DNA of 55,454 nt from a virus. Its lineage: Duplodnaviria; Caudoviricetes. The stretch is taken from positions 1 to 55,454 of IMG/VR virus record IMGVR_UViG_3300017766_000361. The stretch is one strand, 5' to 3'. The position numbers and the translations under genes are program-made. The notes under the pieces were generated by a model. The model searched no databases, was not told the DNA's origin, and worked only from the letters and a program-made list of their open reading frames with translations. Of the stretch, positions 47,385 through 55,454 are shown piece after piece. Position 1 is the stretch's first letter, and each line of letters begins with the position of its first letter.

Positions 47385-47827
47385 GATTTTACCTCACCAA
47401 AATGTTTTTCAAATACAACCGTCTTGACGGTGTATCCGCGTTTCTTAACGTGCGGTTCCCAACCGGGGCGACCGTAAAATTCAATTCCAGCACAACCAGC
47501 GTCTTGTGCAAACTTGTCAGCCGTATTGTGCATGATGTCCTCAACGTACTGCATGTGATTAGGATTCATCGCGCAGTATTGAATAGCGAACATTTTTGAC
47601 CGGGGATACTGCTTGATCTCGGTCATGACATAGCCATGGATAGTGTCGTTGTCATCGGGGTCATATATCGCCCACAACTGCATCTGCCCAGTCAGAGCAA
47701 AACGTACGATGTCATCCACGTTGGCACGGCCCTTGGCCCAACCTTCAGACTCCTGAAAGTATTTGATCAGTGACGGCACGAGGTAACTGATCTGGCCGTA
47801 GGGGACGAGTGAGATGTCGAGGTTCAT
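47381..47827 (-). CDS. Putative GNAT-fold protein of the internal-virion cluster
   Basis: 148 aa; QLW, TEI..YP, FA...GC..IE..GR.GW. Confidence 0.55.
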   Translation of the reverse strand: MNLDISLVPYGQISYLVPSLIKYFQESEGWAKGRANVDDIVRFALTGQMQLWAIYDPDDNDTIHGYVMTEIKQYPRSKMFAIQYCAMNPNHMQYVEDIMHNTADKFAQDAGCAGIEFYGRPGWEPHVKKRGYTVKTVVFEKHFGEVKS

Positions 47828-48817
47828 TTAGGTTGCTCTTAGTTGCATCCCTGCATAAATTTCATCATCTGATTTATTTTGATAATAGCGTCCCCACTCA
47901 GGGTCTTGTCTGGTACGCCTTATTGTTTCAAGTGTATTAGCAGAATTCCTATGTTCGGAGGTTCCGTGATATTTAGCGCGTTCTTCCGGTGATAACGTCG
48001 CCATCTGCTGATTAAAATCGTCTTCTCCTTTATCTACCGGCGGAGGTTGATTAGGTTTGCTTTGATATTGCGGCCGATCTATCAGAGCCTCCATTCGCTG
48101 TCTATCAAACGCCATATTCCCTTGAATAGAACCGTAACTCTGCTGCTGCGGCTGTTGATTAAACATCCCTTGGAACCCGCCGCCTTGCATCCCGCCAAAT
48201 AGACTGGCAAGTCCTCCCATCATTGACGGCGACATATAGGGACTGCTGTACCCACCACCGTATCCGCCACCGTATCCGCCACCGTACCCGCCACCATATT
48301 GAGGCGGTTGTCCAAACCCTCCACCGAAGCCGCCGCCATAATCGCTAAACGGAGTGCTGTACCCGCCGCCAAAACCGCCACCAAACGGGCTGCTGTACCC
48401 GCCGCCAAAGCCGCCGCCAAATGGGTTGCCGTATCCGCTATCAAAACTAGGCGCAATTCGATTGCTAGAAAATTGTGGAGGAGGGGTGTATTCCCTACCG
48501 CCGCCGGTTTGAGGCTCCGGCTGTTGGATAGGACGAAACTTATTGTCAGTTGGACGTACATCCATCGTTCCAGTCTGACCGTTTGCAAAGCGGTCAATGT
48601 AGTCCGGGTTCAGTTCCATCCCCGGAGGAGGTTGATCCGGTTGCCCAAACCTAGGCTGCGGAGCAGGCTGCAGTTGAGCAGGCTGCTGCGGATTAGGCTG
48701 CTGTCCCGGCCTCTGGGTATAAGCATTACCCGGCCCACGCGGTTGTACGCTACGTCGCTCTCTGTAGTTAGGAGAGAACGGAGTCTGTGGGGCATTAGAT
48801 TGACCGCCAACGCTCAT
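47828..48817 (-). CDS. Low-complexity Gly/Pro/Gln/Tyr-rich protein
   Basis: 329 aa; GGGY and GGGF repeats; AGGAG RBS. Confidence 0.7.
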   Translation of the reverse strand: MSVGGQSNAPQTPFSPNYRERRSVQPRGPGNAYTQRPGQQPNPQQPAQLQPAPQPRFGQPDQPPPGMELNPDYIDRFANGQTGTMDVRPTDNKFRPIQQPEPQTGGGREYTPPPQFSSNRIAPSFDSGYGNPFGGGFGGGYSSPFGGGFGGGYSTPFSDYGGGFGGGFGQPPQYGGGYGGGYGGGYGGGYSSPYMSPSMMGGLASLFGGMQGGGFQGMFNQQPQQQSYGSIQGNMAFDRQRMEALIDRPQYQSKPNQPPPVDKGEDDFNQQMATLSPEERAKYHGTSEHRNSANTLETIRRTRQDPEWGRYYQNKSDDEIYAGMQLRAT

Positions 48818-48826
48818 GGTCTACTC

Positions 48827-51640
48827 CTAACTGGGCAGATACTTTTTAACGTTAATTTCGGGAGCCTGTCGGGTTTTGCCCGTACGTGCCTTGCGAATAT
48901 CAGCCATCATCTTGTAGAGCCGATCAGCACCGGCTTCGCTTGAGCCGTTACCGATATGGGAAACCACATCGGCAGGGATAACAAACTCACCGTCAGCCAA
49001 CCGGGCTTCTTGCTCACCGTTGATGTTGGCCTTGATGTCATCCGACATGCCATCGCCGGGGCCGCGCAGGAACTTACCGCCAGCAGCGTATTGGATCGGG
49101 CCACCACCAGCGAAACCGCCGACGCTGCCAAAGTCCATGCCGCTATAGTCCATCCCGCCACCGAAATCCATGCCCCCGCCCATACCGCCCATATCAAACG
49201 AAGGAGCAGGCTGCTGCGGCATCCCGCCAAACCCGCCAAAGGCGCTCATGTCATACGAGGGGGCAGGCTGCGGAGCCGGTTGCCCCATACCACTAAAGCC
49301 CAGCCCACCATCGCCACCACCAAACATACCAAAGCCGCCCATGTCAGGTGCAGGCTGCGGAGCCGGTTGCTGCATACCGCCCATACCGCCAAAATCCATC
49401 CCGCCACCGAGACTGCCAAGGCCAGCAAGGCTGCTGAAGTCAAACCCGCCCATATCAAAAGCGGGCTGTTGTGGAGCCGGTTGAGGTGCAGGTTCCGGCA
49501 TCTGCGGCTGCATGGGCATGATCGGGCCGCTAGAGAAGTCTGGGGGAGGGGTGTATTCCCTACCGCCGCCAGTCATGTCGAAGCCGGGTGTACCGCCAGC
49601 GTAGGCAATCTCGTCCATACCGCCGCCCATACCGCCAGTCATATCAAATCCGGGTGTGCCGCCAGCGTAGGCAACATCGCCCATCCCCGTATCAGCGGAA
49701 GGGGTATAACCTTCAGCGAACGGATTCGTGGCTGGGCCTTGCCCCATTCCTCCTCCAATCATTCCTTGCAGGGCAGAAAGGTCTATGCCGCTAAGGTCAG
49801 GCATACCGCCAGCACCGGCACCCATATCGGCACCCATACCGCCCATACCACCCATACCGCCGCCCATATCACCGGCACCGATACCCATATCGTCGCCCAT
49901 GTAATCAATAAACTGGTCGTCTACGCCCCTATCAAAAGGAGCCTTCGGGCCGGGGGTATTACCGCCTCTGGCTCCGCTCATACCGCCCATATATCGCTGC
50001 AACGCAGAAAAATCTATGTTGCCGAAGTTGGAGAGGTCTATGTTGCCAATAGCCGAGAACGGGTCATTGCCACCGGGGCGACCTTGGGGAGCATCAGCAA
50101 CGAAACGACCTTGGGTCGAATCCCAACGCATCCCGCCATCGCCATAGTAACCGCCACCACCAGCAATCGGTCTACCACCAGCGCCCGGAGGGGCTACCCC
50201 AGCAGGAGGAGGCTGCTGCGCGGGAGGTGTGGGGGCAGCGACAGGCGAAGTGACGAACTTGTTCAGCCCCTGCATGTAATTGGCAAAGTCTTGCCCACCG
50301 CCACCCTGCTGCACAGGGGGCGCAAGGAGGCTCTGGTAGTAGGCTTCAAGACTTTGAGGCTGTTGTGTTTGCTGCTGACTACTTCCGTACGCTGCCGTTG
50401 GCCCAGCAGAAGCGTTAGTGGCTTTAAACTGTTCAAAGTAAGACGGGGCATAACCCGCTTTCATCAAACGTTCTTGTTCAGATTGCCTAGTGCTTTCATC
50501 TATACCGGGAATAAACGGTCTGTTACCTGTGAACGTATTTGGGTCTTGCTGGAAGAATTCAGCCGGATAACCCGCGTTCAAGTAAGCCTTTTGAGCCTCT
50601 GGATTGTTCCGCATGTACTCCATCCAACCGGCCTTGGCAGAGTTAGGCTCAAGCGACTGTCTATCAGCAGGCATCTCTTCATAGCGCCTACCAGATGCAG
50701 CCCCACCTGCAGCAAACCGTTCTTCGCCCGTGTACGGGTCGATGTCTGGCCCATACCCACCTACGGAATCAGATGGTCTAGCCAACGGATAACTACCATT
50801 CGGGGCCGGAATTACGCCACCACCTGCCATACCCGGCGGAGGAAAGCCGGGGTAGCCTTTGCGGAATCTACCTTCACGGAATGTTCCGGTTACAGGGTCA
50901 TACCCGCCTGACTCATAGTACGAGTCGTCGATCTCGTAACCGCCACCCGGTATCTGCATATCGGGAGACATAGCATTAGCAGCGGTCATACCAAGCCCGG
51001 AAATCGCAGGCATACCCATGGTGCTGCCCAACGCCTTAACCCCGCCAAAACCGCCAAGACCGAGGTTTTGACTGCCGGTAAATAGTTCCTTCGCTCCCGC
51101 ACCAAAATTACTCAGCCGCCCCCCTAACGTCGCTGCTTGGTTCGCGGCCTGATGTTTAATCTGATTCGTGACAGCCTCTTGCGCTGCCTTTGCCCCGGCT
51201 TCTTTACCAAGATTCTGTGCGGCTTCTTGAGCCAGAATTTTGGTACCTGTATCTGTAGCCGCCGCACCGATTCCCGATACAGCACTACCAAGCCCAGCGC
51301 CACCAAACGCACCAAGGCCAGCCATCAAACCTTTGCCAAGGTCACCACCCGTACGGATGGTTTCACCCGCGCCGACAAGGGCCGCACTACCCAACGCACC
51401 AAGGCCGGGGAAAAGAAAGTTAAGCCCAAACCCAAGAACAGTCGGCAGAAGTTTCTTGAGGAAGTTGGCTTCATATAACCCGGTGTCAGGGTTGATGGTC
51501 AGTTGACCGCCATGGGCCAGCGCCAGCGCATGTAAACCTTTCACTTCGCCGGGGGTCATGTGGACGAGCATGGAATCGCCGTTCCGACCCCGTGACTGCA
51601 CGAGGGAGGCAAGCCCTGCCATGGATGAATTACTGTTCAT
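48827..51640 (-). CDS. Gly/Met/Pro-rich putative internal virion protein
   Basis: 937 aa; N-terminal GR.GD..LVH...E...TINP.TGL.E; C-terminal GPGDGMSD.I.A...LADGEFV.PADVV. Confidence 0.75.
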   Translation of the reverse strand: MNSNSSMAGLASLVQSRGRNGDSMLVHMTPGEVKGLHALALAHGGQLTINPDTGLYEANFLKKLLPTVLGFGLNFLFPGLGALGSAALVGAGETIRTGGDLGKGLMAGLGAFGGAGLGSAVSGIGAAATDTGTKILAQEAAQNLGKEAGAKAAQEAVTNQIKHQAANQAATLGGRLSNFGAGAKELFTGSQNLGLGGFGGVKALGSTMGMPAISGLGMTAANAMSPDMQIPGGGYEIDDSYYESGGYDPVTGTFREGRFRKGYPGFPPPGMAGGGVIPAPNGSYPLARPSDSVGGYGPDIDPYTGEERFAAGGAASGRRYEEMPADRQSLEPNSAKAGWMEYMRNNPEAQKAYLNAGYPAEFFQQDPNTFTGNRPFIPGIDESTRQSEQERLMKAGYAPSYFEQFKATNASAGPTAAYGSSQQQTQQPQSLEAYYQSLLAPPVQQGGGGQDFANYMQGLNKFVTSPVAAPTPPAQQPPPAGVAPPGAGGRPIAGGGGYYGDGGMRWDSTQGRFVADAPQGRPGGNDPFSAIGNIDLSNFGNIDFSALQRYMGGMSGARGGNTPGPKAPFDRGVDDQFIDYMGDDMGIGAGDMGGGMGGMGGMGADMGAGAGGMPDLSGIDLSALQGMIGGGMGQGPATNPFAEGYTPSADTGMGDVAYAGGTPGFDMTGGMGGGMDEIAYAGGTPGFDMTGGGREYTPPPDFSSGPIMPMQPQMPEPAPQPAPQQPAFDMGGFDFSSLAGLGSLGGGMDFGGMGGMQQPAPQPAPDMGGFGMFGGGDGGLGFSGMGQPAPQPAPSYDMSAFGGFGGMPQQPAPSFDMGGMGGGMDFGGGMDYSGMDFGSVGGFAGGGPIQYAAGGKFLRGPGDGMSDDIKANINGEQEARLADGEFVIPADVVSHIGNGSSEAGADRLYKMMADIRKARTGKTRQAPEINVKKYLPS

Positions 51641-51674
51641 ATCGCCCTCACGGGGTCAAGTTTGTTGGATAGTA

Positions 51675-52289
51675 TCATGTAGCCGGTTGGTAAATAGCCG
51701 CGCCATAGTTCGACACCCAGTTCACCGTCAAGATGATGGATGGGATAGCAGGGATATTGCCGCTTGCTGTTACGTAAGGAATAACTACGTTCGTATCTGA
51801 GGACTGCCAAGCCAACTGAAAGTAGTCGTTTGCTTGTAGAACCAATACAAAGTTCCACGCCGCCACGATCTCGTTGTTTGGGCCGTCGATCACAATCTTG
51901 GTCGCTGAGTCTGGCAGGTTTACCCCGTTGACCCTAGGCCATATATAGACCGCACTAGCACTACCGCCGGTCTTGTCCAATTGAGCCGAGAACTGGAAGT
52001 TGTAGACCCCGGTGTTAGTGACGTAGATCTTGGAAGTCGGATTACCACGTGTAACTTCATAATCAGAAACTACGGAGTTGTACGTAAAAAGATTAACGGC
52101 ATCGGCTACAGGATTTGGCTGTGTCGTTGTATCAAAATACGAAGCATGGGCGGTAGGCGCGTTTATGTAATTAGTAAGCCGATTAAAAAATAATCGCAGT
52201 ACGTTAGAAAATTGGTCTTGATACCGCGATTCATACTGAACCGGCGCAACAGGAAGATTCGGGGGTACGACACCACGTGGAGCAGCCAT
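51675..52289 (-). CDS. Putative tail protein
   Basis: 204 aa; PNLP.AP..Y, LRLFF; C-terminal beta domain (TGVYNFQFSAQ). Confidence 0.6.
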   Translation of the reverse strand: MAAPRGVVPPNLPVAPVQYESRYQDQFSNVLRLFFNRLTNYINAPTAHASYFDTTTQPNPVADAVNLFTYNSVVSDYEVTRGNPTSKIYVTNTGVYNFQFSAQLDKTGGSASAVYIWPRVNGVNLPDSATKIVIDGPNNEIVAAWNFVLVLQANDYFQLAWQSSDTNVVIPYVTASGNIPAIPSIILTVNWVSNYGAAIYQPAT

Positions 52290-54580
52290 CAGCGTCTCCC
52301 GTCAGGACGAACGTCGATACGCATAGCACCCATCTGCCATGCCACGCCTAGATCAGCCGAAGACACTTTGAAGGCCATCTGACGACCACGCACTCGCGTG
52401 TAGACCTGACCCGTGTACTGTTGGATCGGCACCGTCGAAGTGCGCGTTACAGTCGGGCTGTCTGCGCTCGTGTAGTTAGAACCTGAGTTCTGGCGGGGGC
52501 GTACCGTGAGGGTCACAGTCGGGCTTGTACCCGTAGACCCAGTGAAGTTGAGGTCAGGGATGATGCGCCAGACGTAACCAAAACTCTGCCCGTCTTGGAT
52601 GTCAAAATCAGACGACTCTACGTATGCCTCAATTGGCAGAGCAGGGCTGACCGACTGATCATCGTTACCCACCTCGTGCAGCATGATCTGGTTAGCGACG
52701 TTATAGGTCACGTAAGCATAAAGATCATGCGATGCCGCCGTCGTGCCGTCATACCCACGAACACAACCCGTCAGGGTATTGCCGTCTTTGGCGGCGTAGA
52801 AAATCTTCTCCGAGTCCACCGTAATCGTTCCGGTCATCGGGAAGGTCGAAGTGTCGGTCAGAGCAATTGTTGTTACAGATGAGTTGATGCTCGTAGCGAG
52901 ATACGCCTGCTGCACGTTGAACGTGGCAAAAGGGTACGTCCTTTGCGTGTGCTGTACCCAGAACGTACGGTTCAAATTGCCGTAGTACCAGATCCGTTCA
53001 AGGTAGTTATAAACGACATATCGATCATTGATGGTGCTGTTAGCAGAAGGATAGAACCACCAGATCTCGTTATAGCCTTCGTTAGCACCCGCCGTTACCT
53101 GACTTAACTGGTCATAGTTAATGTCGTTATAGACAAACTGACGAAGGGTGCAAGGCAGCGTCTCAACGCGCCCCGAATACATGAAGAACTTGTCGCGGCC
53201 CATCCAGTAGACCACGTTGTTCACGGTAAGCACTGAGTTCTGCGATGCGATAGTAGTGTCTTGATCCAGCAGCGTGAACGACCACACGAACGGAGGCCCG
53301 ACGTACTGCATGGAGAAGAGGGCTGTGTCCGTCCAGATCAAAACTTCCTGACGGGTATTGTTGGCTGTGACAATGTACGAACCACTTGACAAACGCTGCT
53401 CGCCTGACTGATTAGTCACTGCAGGAACCCATTCGTACGGCGTACCTTGGTCAGACCAGCGCACGAGAAGTGGGTCAAACGTTGTAGCAAAACTAGTCGG
53501 ATCGTATGGAGTAGAACCGCAAGATATAACGAAGTCACTGACCGGTGAATTGACGATCATGTTGACTTCATTTGGCACGTGCCGACCGGCGTAACTGAAC
53601 GATATGGCCGAGAGTGTAGCCGAGGCGTTCGTAGCCTGAGAGATCGTGACCGAGTTGCTGAAGTCCCACGCAGCAGTGACATAGGTGCCGGTGACAATGC
53701 CACTACCGGACAGCACCGCGCCCGTATCCAACCCGGTCGTGTCGTCCAGAACAATAGTGGTAACACCCGAAGCAAACGCACCAAGCGTCAAGCCTTTATT
53801 GACTGTGTTGGCTTTTTCTTCAAGCGTAACTGCACGGGGCCACGTATTCGTGTCTATCGTCCAGAAGTAAATCTCGCCACCACGCTCAGCGAAGATCAAA
53901 TCATCGCCGTAGTTGAACATCGACCAGAGGCGCATCTCTACACCAGCACCTGTGGAGGAACCCCAACCACCTGACCCCCATGGCGGGCCACCCCAGCCGA
54001 CACCCGCGCTATACACCGCATTGCCTGCATCAATGTCGAACTTGGCGATGACAAGAGAGCCACCACCCGTTGTCGTGGAACTTGCCGTAGCAGAAGCATA
54101 GATGGTGAATGTATTGGCAGTTGGAACGGTCTGAATCTCGTACTCGCCGTTCAACGTGAGGCTAGCCACCGCCGTGGCCCCAGAGAGGTTGACGTAGGTG
54201 CCAATAGAAGACAGGTGTGCTGTGGCTGTAACGGTGATGAGACGGCTACCCAATGTAGTCGAGAACGGGTTCTGCGAAAGGGTTAGCGAGTTACCAAGCG
54301 GGGTGATGTCATGGTAAGTGCCGCCTTGCTCAATATAGACCTTTTGACTTGTCCCCAGACCGACGAGGTTCTGACCAAGCGTGCTGATCCAATTCCACAA
54401 CATACGGCAGACGCCCTTGAACGTGCTGCCATTGACATTGATGTTCTGCCAGCCACCTATCTTTTCAGCGTAGCCAGAACGGAATCGGATCTTGTCGCCT
54501 GCGAAGAAGCCGCCCTCATTGGCATACGAAGTTGATTCACGATTAACACCGGGGCGCAGTTCAACTTTTTGAAGCGGCAT
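52289..54580 (-). CDS. Tail nozzle / head-closure (P22 gp10-like) protein with inserted beta domains
   Basis: 763 aa from ATG 54580; RF..G..EKIGGW, VRWSDQ, EIWWFYP, R.RGRQ, D.RPDGRR. Confidence 0.7.
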   Translation of the reverse strand: MPLQKVELRPGVNRESTSYANEGGFFAGDKIRFRSGYAEKIGGWQNINVNGSTFKGVCRMLWNWISTLGQNLVGLGTSQKVYIEQGGTYHDITPLGNSLTLSQNPFSTTLGSRLITVTATAHLSSIGTYVNLSGATAVASLTLNGEYEIQTVPTANTFTIYASATASSTTTGGGSLVIAKFDIDAGNAVYSAGVGWGGPPWGSGGWGSSTGAGVEMRLWSMFNYGDDLIFAERGGEIYFWTIDTNTWPRAVTLEEKANTVNKGLTLGAFASGVTTIVLDDTTGLDTGAVLSGSGIVTGTYVTAAWDFSNSVTISQATNASATLSAISFSYAGRHVPNEVNMIVNSPVSDFVISCGSTPYDPTSFATTFDPLLVRWSDQGTPYEWVPAVTNQSGEQRLSSGSYIVTANNTRQEVLIWTDTALFSMQYVGPPFVWSFTLLDQDTTIASQNSVLTVNNVVYWMGRDKFFMYSGRVETLPCTLRQFVYNDINYDQLSQVTAGANEGYNEIWWFYPSANSTINDRYVVYNYLERIWYYGNLNRTFWVQHTQRTYPFATFNVQQAYLATSINSSVTTIALTDTSTFPMTGTITVDSEKIFYAAKDGNTLTGCVRGYDGTTAASHDLYAYVTYNVANQIMLHEVGNDDQSVSPALPIEAYVESSDFDIQDGQSFGYVWRIIPDLNFTGSTGTSPTVTLTVRPRQNSGSNYTSADSPTVTRTSTVPIQQYTGQVYTRVRGRQMAFKVSSADLGVAWQMGAMRIDVRPDGRR

Positions 54581-55068
54581 TACGCAACTCCCGATAGATA
54601 CAACGCCTGTTCGTCTTTGCGACGTTTGACCAGTCCCGGCAGCACCCGACCTGCCGCCTTTGTCCATTTGAGAAACTCGTCTGCGGCCTCGTCAAAGTCG
54701 CCCCGGTTGGTCTTCATCCGCAGCCCAGAGCGTTGCAGATTTCCAAGGCCCACGTTGAAGGAAAAAGAGACGAGACTATCGAAGACTCCCTGACGATCAA
54801 TAGCAGCAGGGCAAAGTCTAAGTACACCACGCTCAAACCGGCCAAGATCTTGAGCCAGAATAGAATCAACCTCTCCCATAGAGAGGACGCGATCCCAGCC
54901 TGCGGGTATCGGTAGACTCTTGCGTTCCTCATATTTCACCGCCGTATGCGATGGGTCAATGACATGGCCGACGCCCACAGTCCAGAGCAGCGCAGGACAG
55001 CGATAAGGCTTAGTCCGAACGCCCTCGTGGTGTTTCACCATCTGTATGGCAGCGGCGGAGACTTTCAC
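54580..55068 (-). CDS. Endolysin, GH24 lysozyme
   Basis: HEG....Y.CPA..WT.G.GH, FD.LVSF.FN.G, W.KA.G..L.GL..RR..E. Confidence 0.9.
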   Translation of the reverse strand: MKVSAAAIQMVKHHEGVRTKPYRCPALLWTVGVGHVIDPSHTAVKYEERKSLPIPAGWDRVLSMGEVDSILAQDLGRFERGVLRLCPAAIDRQGVFDSLVSFSFNVGLGNLQRSGLRMKTNRGDFDEAADEFLKWTKAAGRVLPGLVKRRKDEQALYLSGVA

Positions 55069-55145
55069 TGCCAATCCATCTCATTGGTATTTGGCGTATA
55101 CCCGGTTACAAATGCCCAGACAAAAATGATGTACAAGTGAATCAT
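55065..55145 (-). CDS. 26-aa hydrophobic peptide between the holin and lysozyme genes
   Basis: MIHLYIIFVWAFVTGYTPNTNEMDWQ; ATGA and GTGA overlaps at both ends. Confidence 0.45.
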   Translation of the reverse strand: MIHLYIIFVWAFVTGYTPNTNEMDWQ

Positions 55146-55454
55146 TTCTTGCCAAAAGCCTGCGTACCGAACCAAAACGCAATAATTGAAGACAGGATCA
55201 GCATCTCGTCATCTGAGAAAACATTCTCCATCGCAATAGCAAACGGGATACCAGTTGTGTAGGCGTACCAAACCCCGGCCACGTTAAGCGCGACCAACTC
55301 CAGCACAAAGATGTACGTCACAACCGGGCGAACACTGGCCCGCAGGTTAATCATCCACTGGCTTGCGCCCTTGCCGATCTCAATGTCGTGGGCGTACAGG
55401 GCTTGACGTTCCTCGCCAGCCGTCTGCGTCTGGATTTGCTCCAGTTTGATTTCC
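55142..55454 (-). CDS. Putative holin (GTA/3TM-holin-like), 5' end outside the window
   Basis: Frame open to the window edge; LRASVRP..TY, transmembrane segments, II.FWFG. Confidence 0.65.
   Translation of the reverse strand, partial: EIKLEQIQTQTAGEERQALYAHDIEIGKGASQWMINLRASVRPVVTYIFVLELVALNVAGVWYAYTTGIPFAIAMENVFSDDEMLILSSIIAFWFGTQAFGKK

Noticed and set aside
48480-49570. Diversity-generating retroelement TR/VR pair
   Set aside because: The repeat is only about 40 bp, shows no clear adenine-specific pattern, and no reverse transcriptase is in the window
48956-50911. 651-aa plus-strand ORF
   Set aside because: Antisense shadow of the Gly-rich 937-aa gene, with no motif or RBS
1-55454. Stop-codon reassignment, introns or inteins, tRNA genes
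   Set aside because: Core genes are intact and of normal length in the standard code, coding density is high, and no cloverleaf was recognised in the few intergenic gaps

Overview
The window is most of a tailed dsDNA phage genome, probably podovirus-like, with both edges falling inside the virion/lysis region. It has three blocks. (1) Minus strand, 14436 to 61: probable small terminase, TerL, portal, GroES, scaffold, Mu gpT-like major capsid, small basic proteins, adaptors and an inserted HNH endonuclease. (2) Plus strand, 14724 to 36880: early and replication genes, including a DksA/TraR-type Zn finger, an AAA+/VWA-metallopeptidase module, VRR-NUC, a methyltransferase, glycosyltransferases, PolA, a PD-(D/E)XK nuclease, an SNF2 helicase and a primase. 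(3) Minus strand, 55454 to 36877: holin, lysozyme, tail proteins and very large internal/ejection proteins. The most notable unexplained signals are five copies of an 18-bp palindrome tied to sigma70 promoters, an iteron/IHF origin-like region, two structured intergenic RNAs, a [MFYLH]-x-x-GG motif repeated about 17 times in six virion-region proteins, a Gln-rich 11-residue-repeat protein resembling a DNA conduit, prion-like Gly-rich proteins, and apparent avoidance of AGCT and CCWGG. No tRNA, rRNA, CRISPR array, integrase or reverse transcriptase was seen. All family assignments come from motifs recognised by eye, not from database searches.
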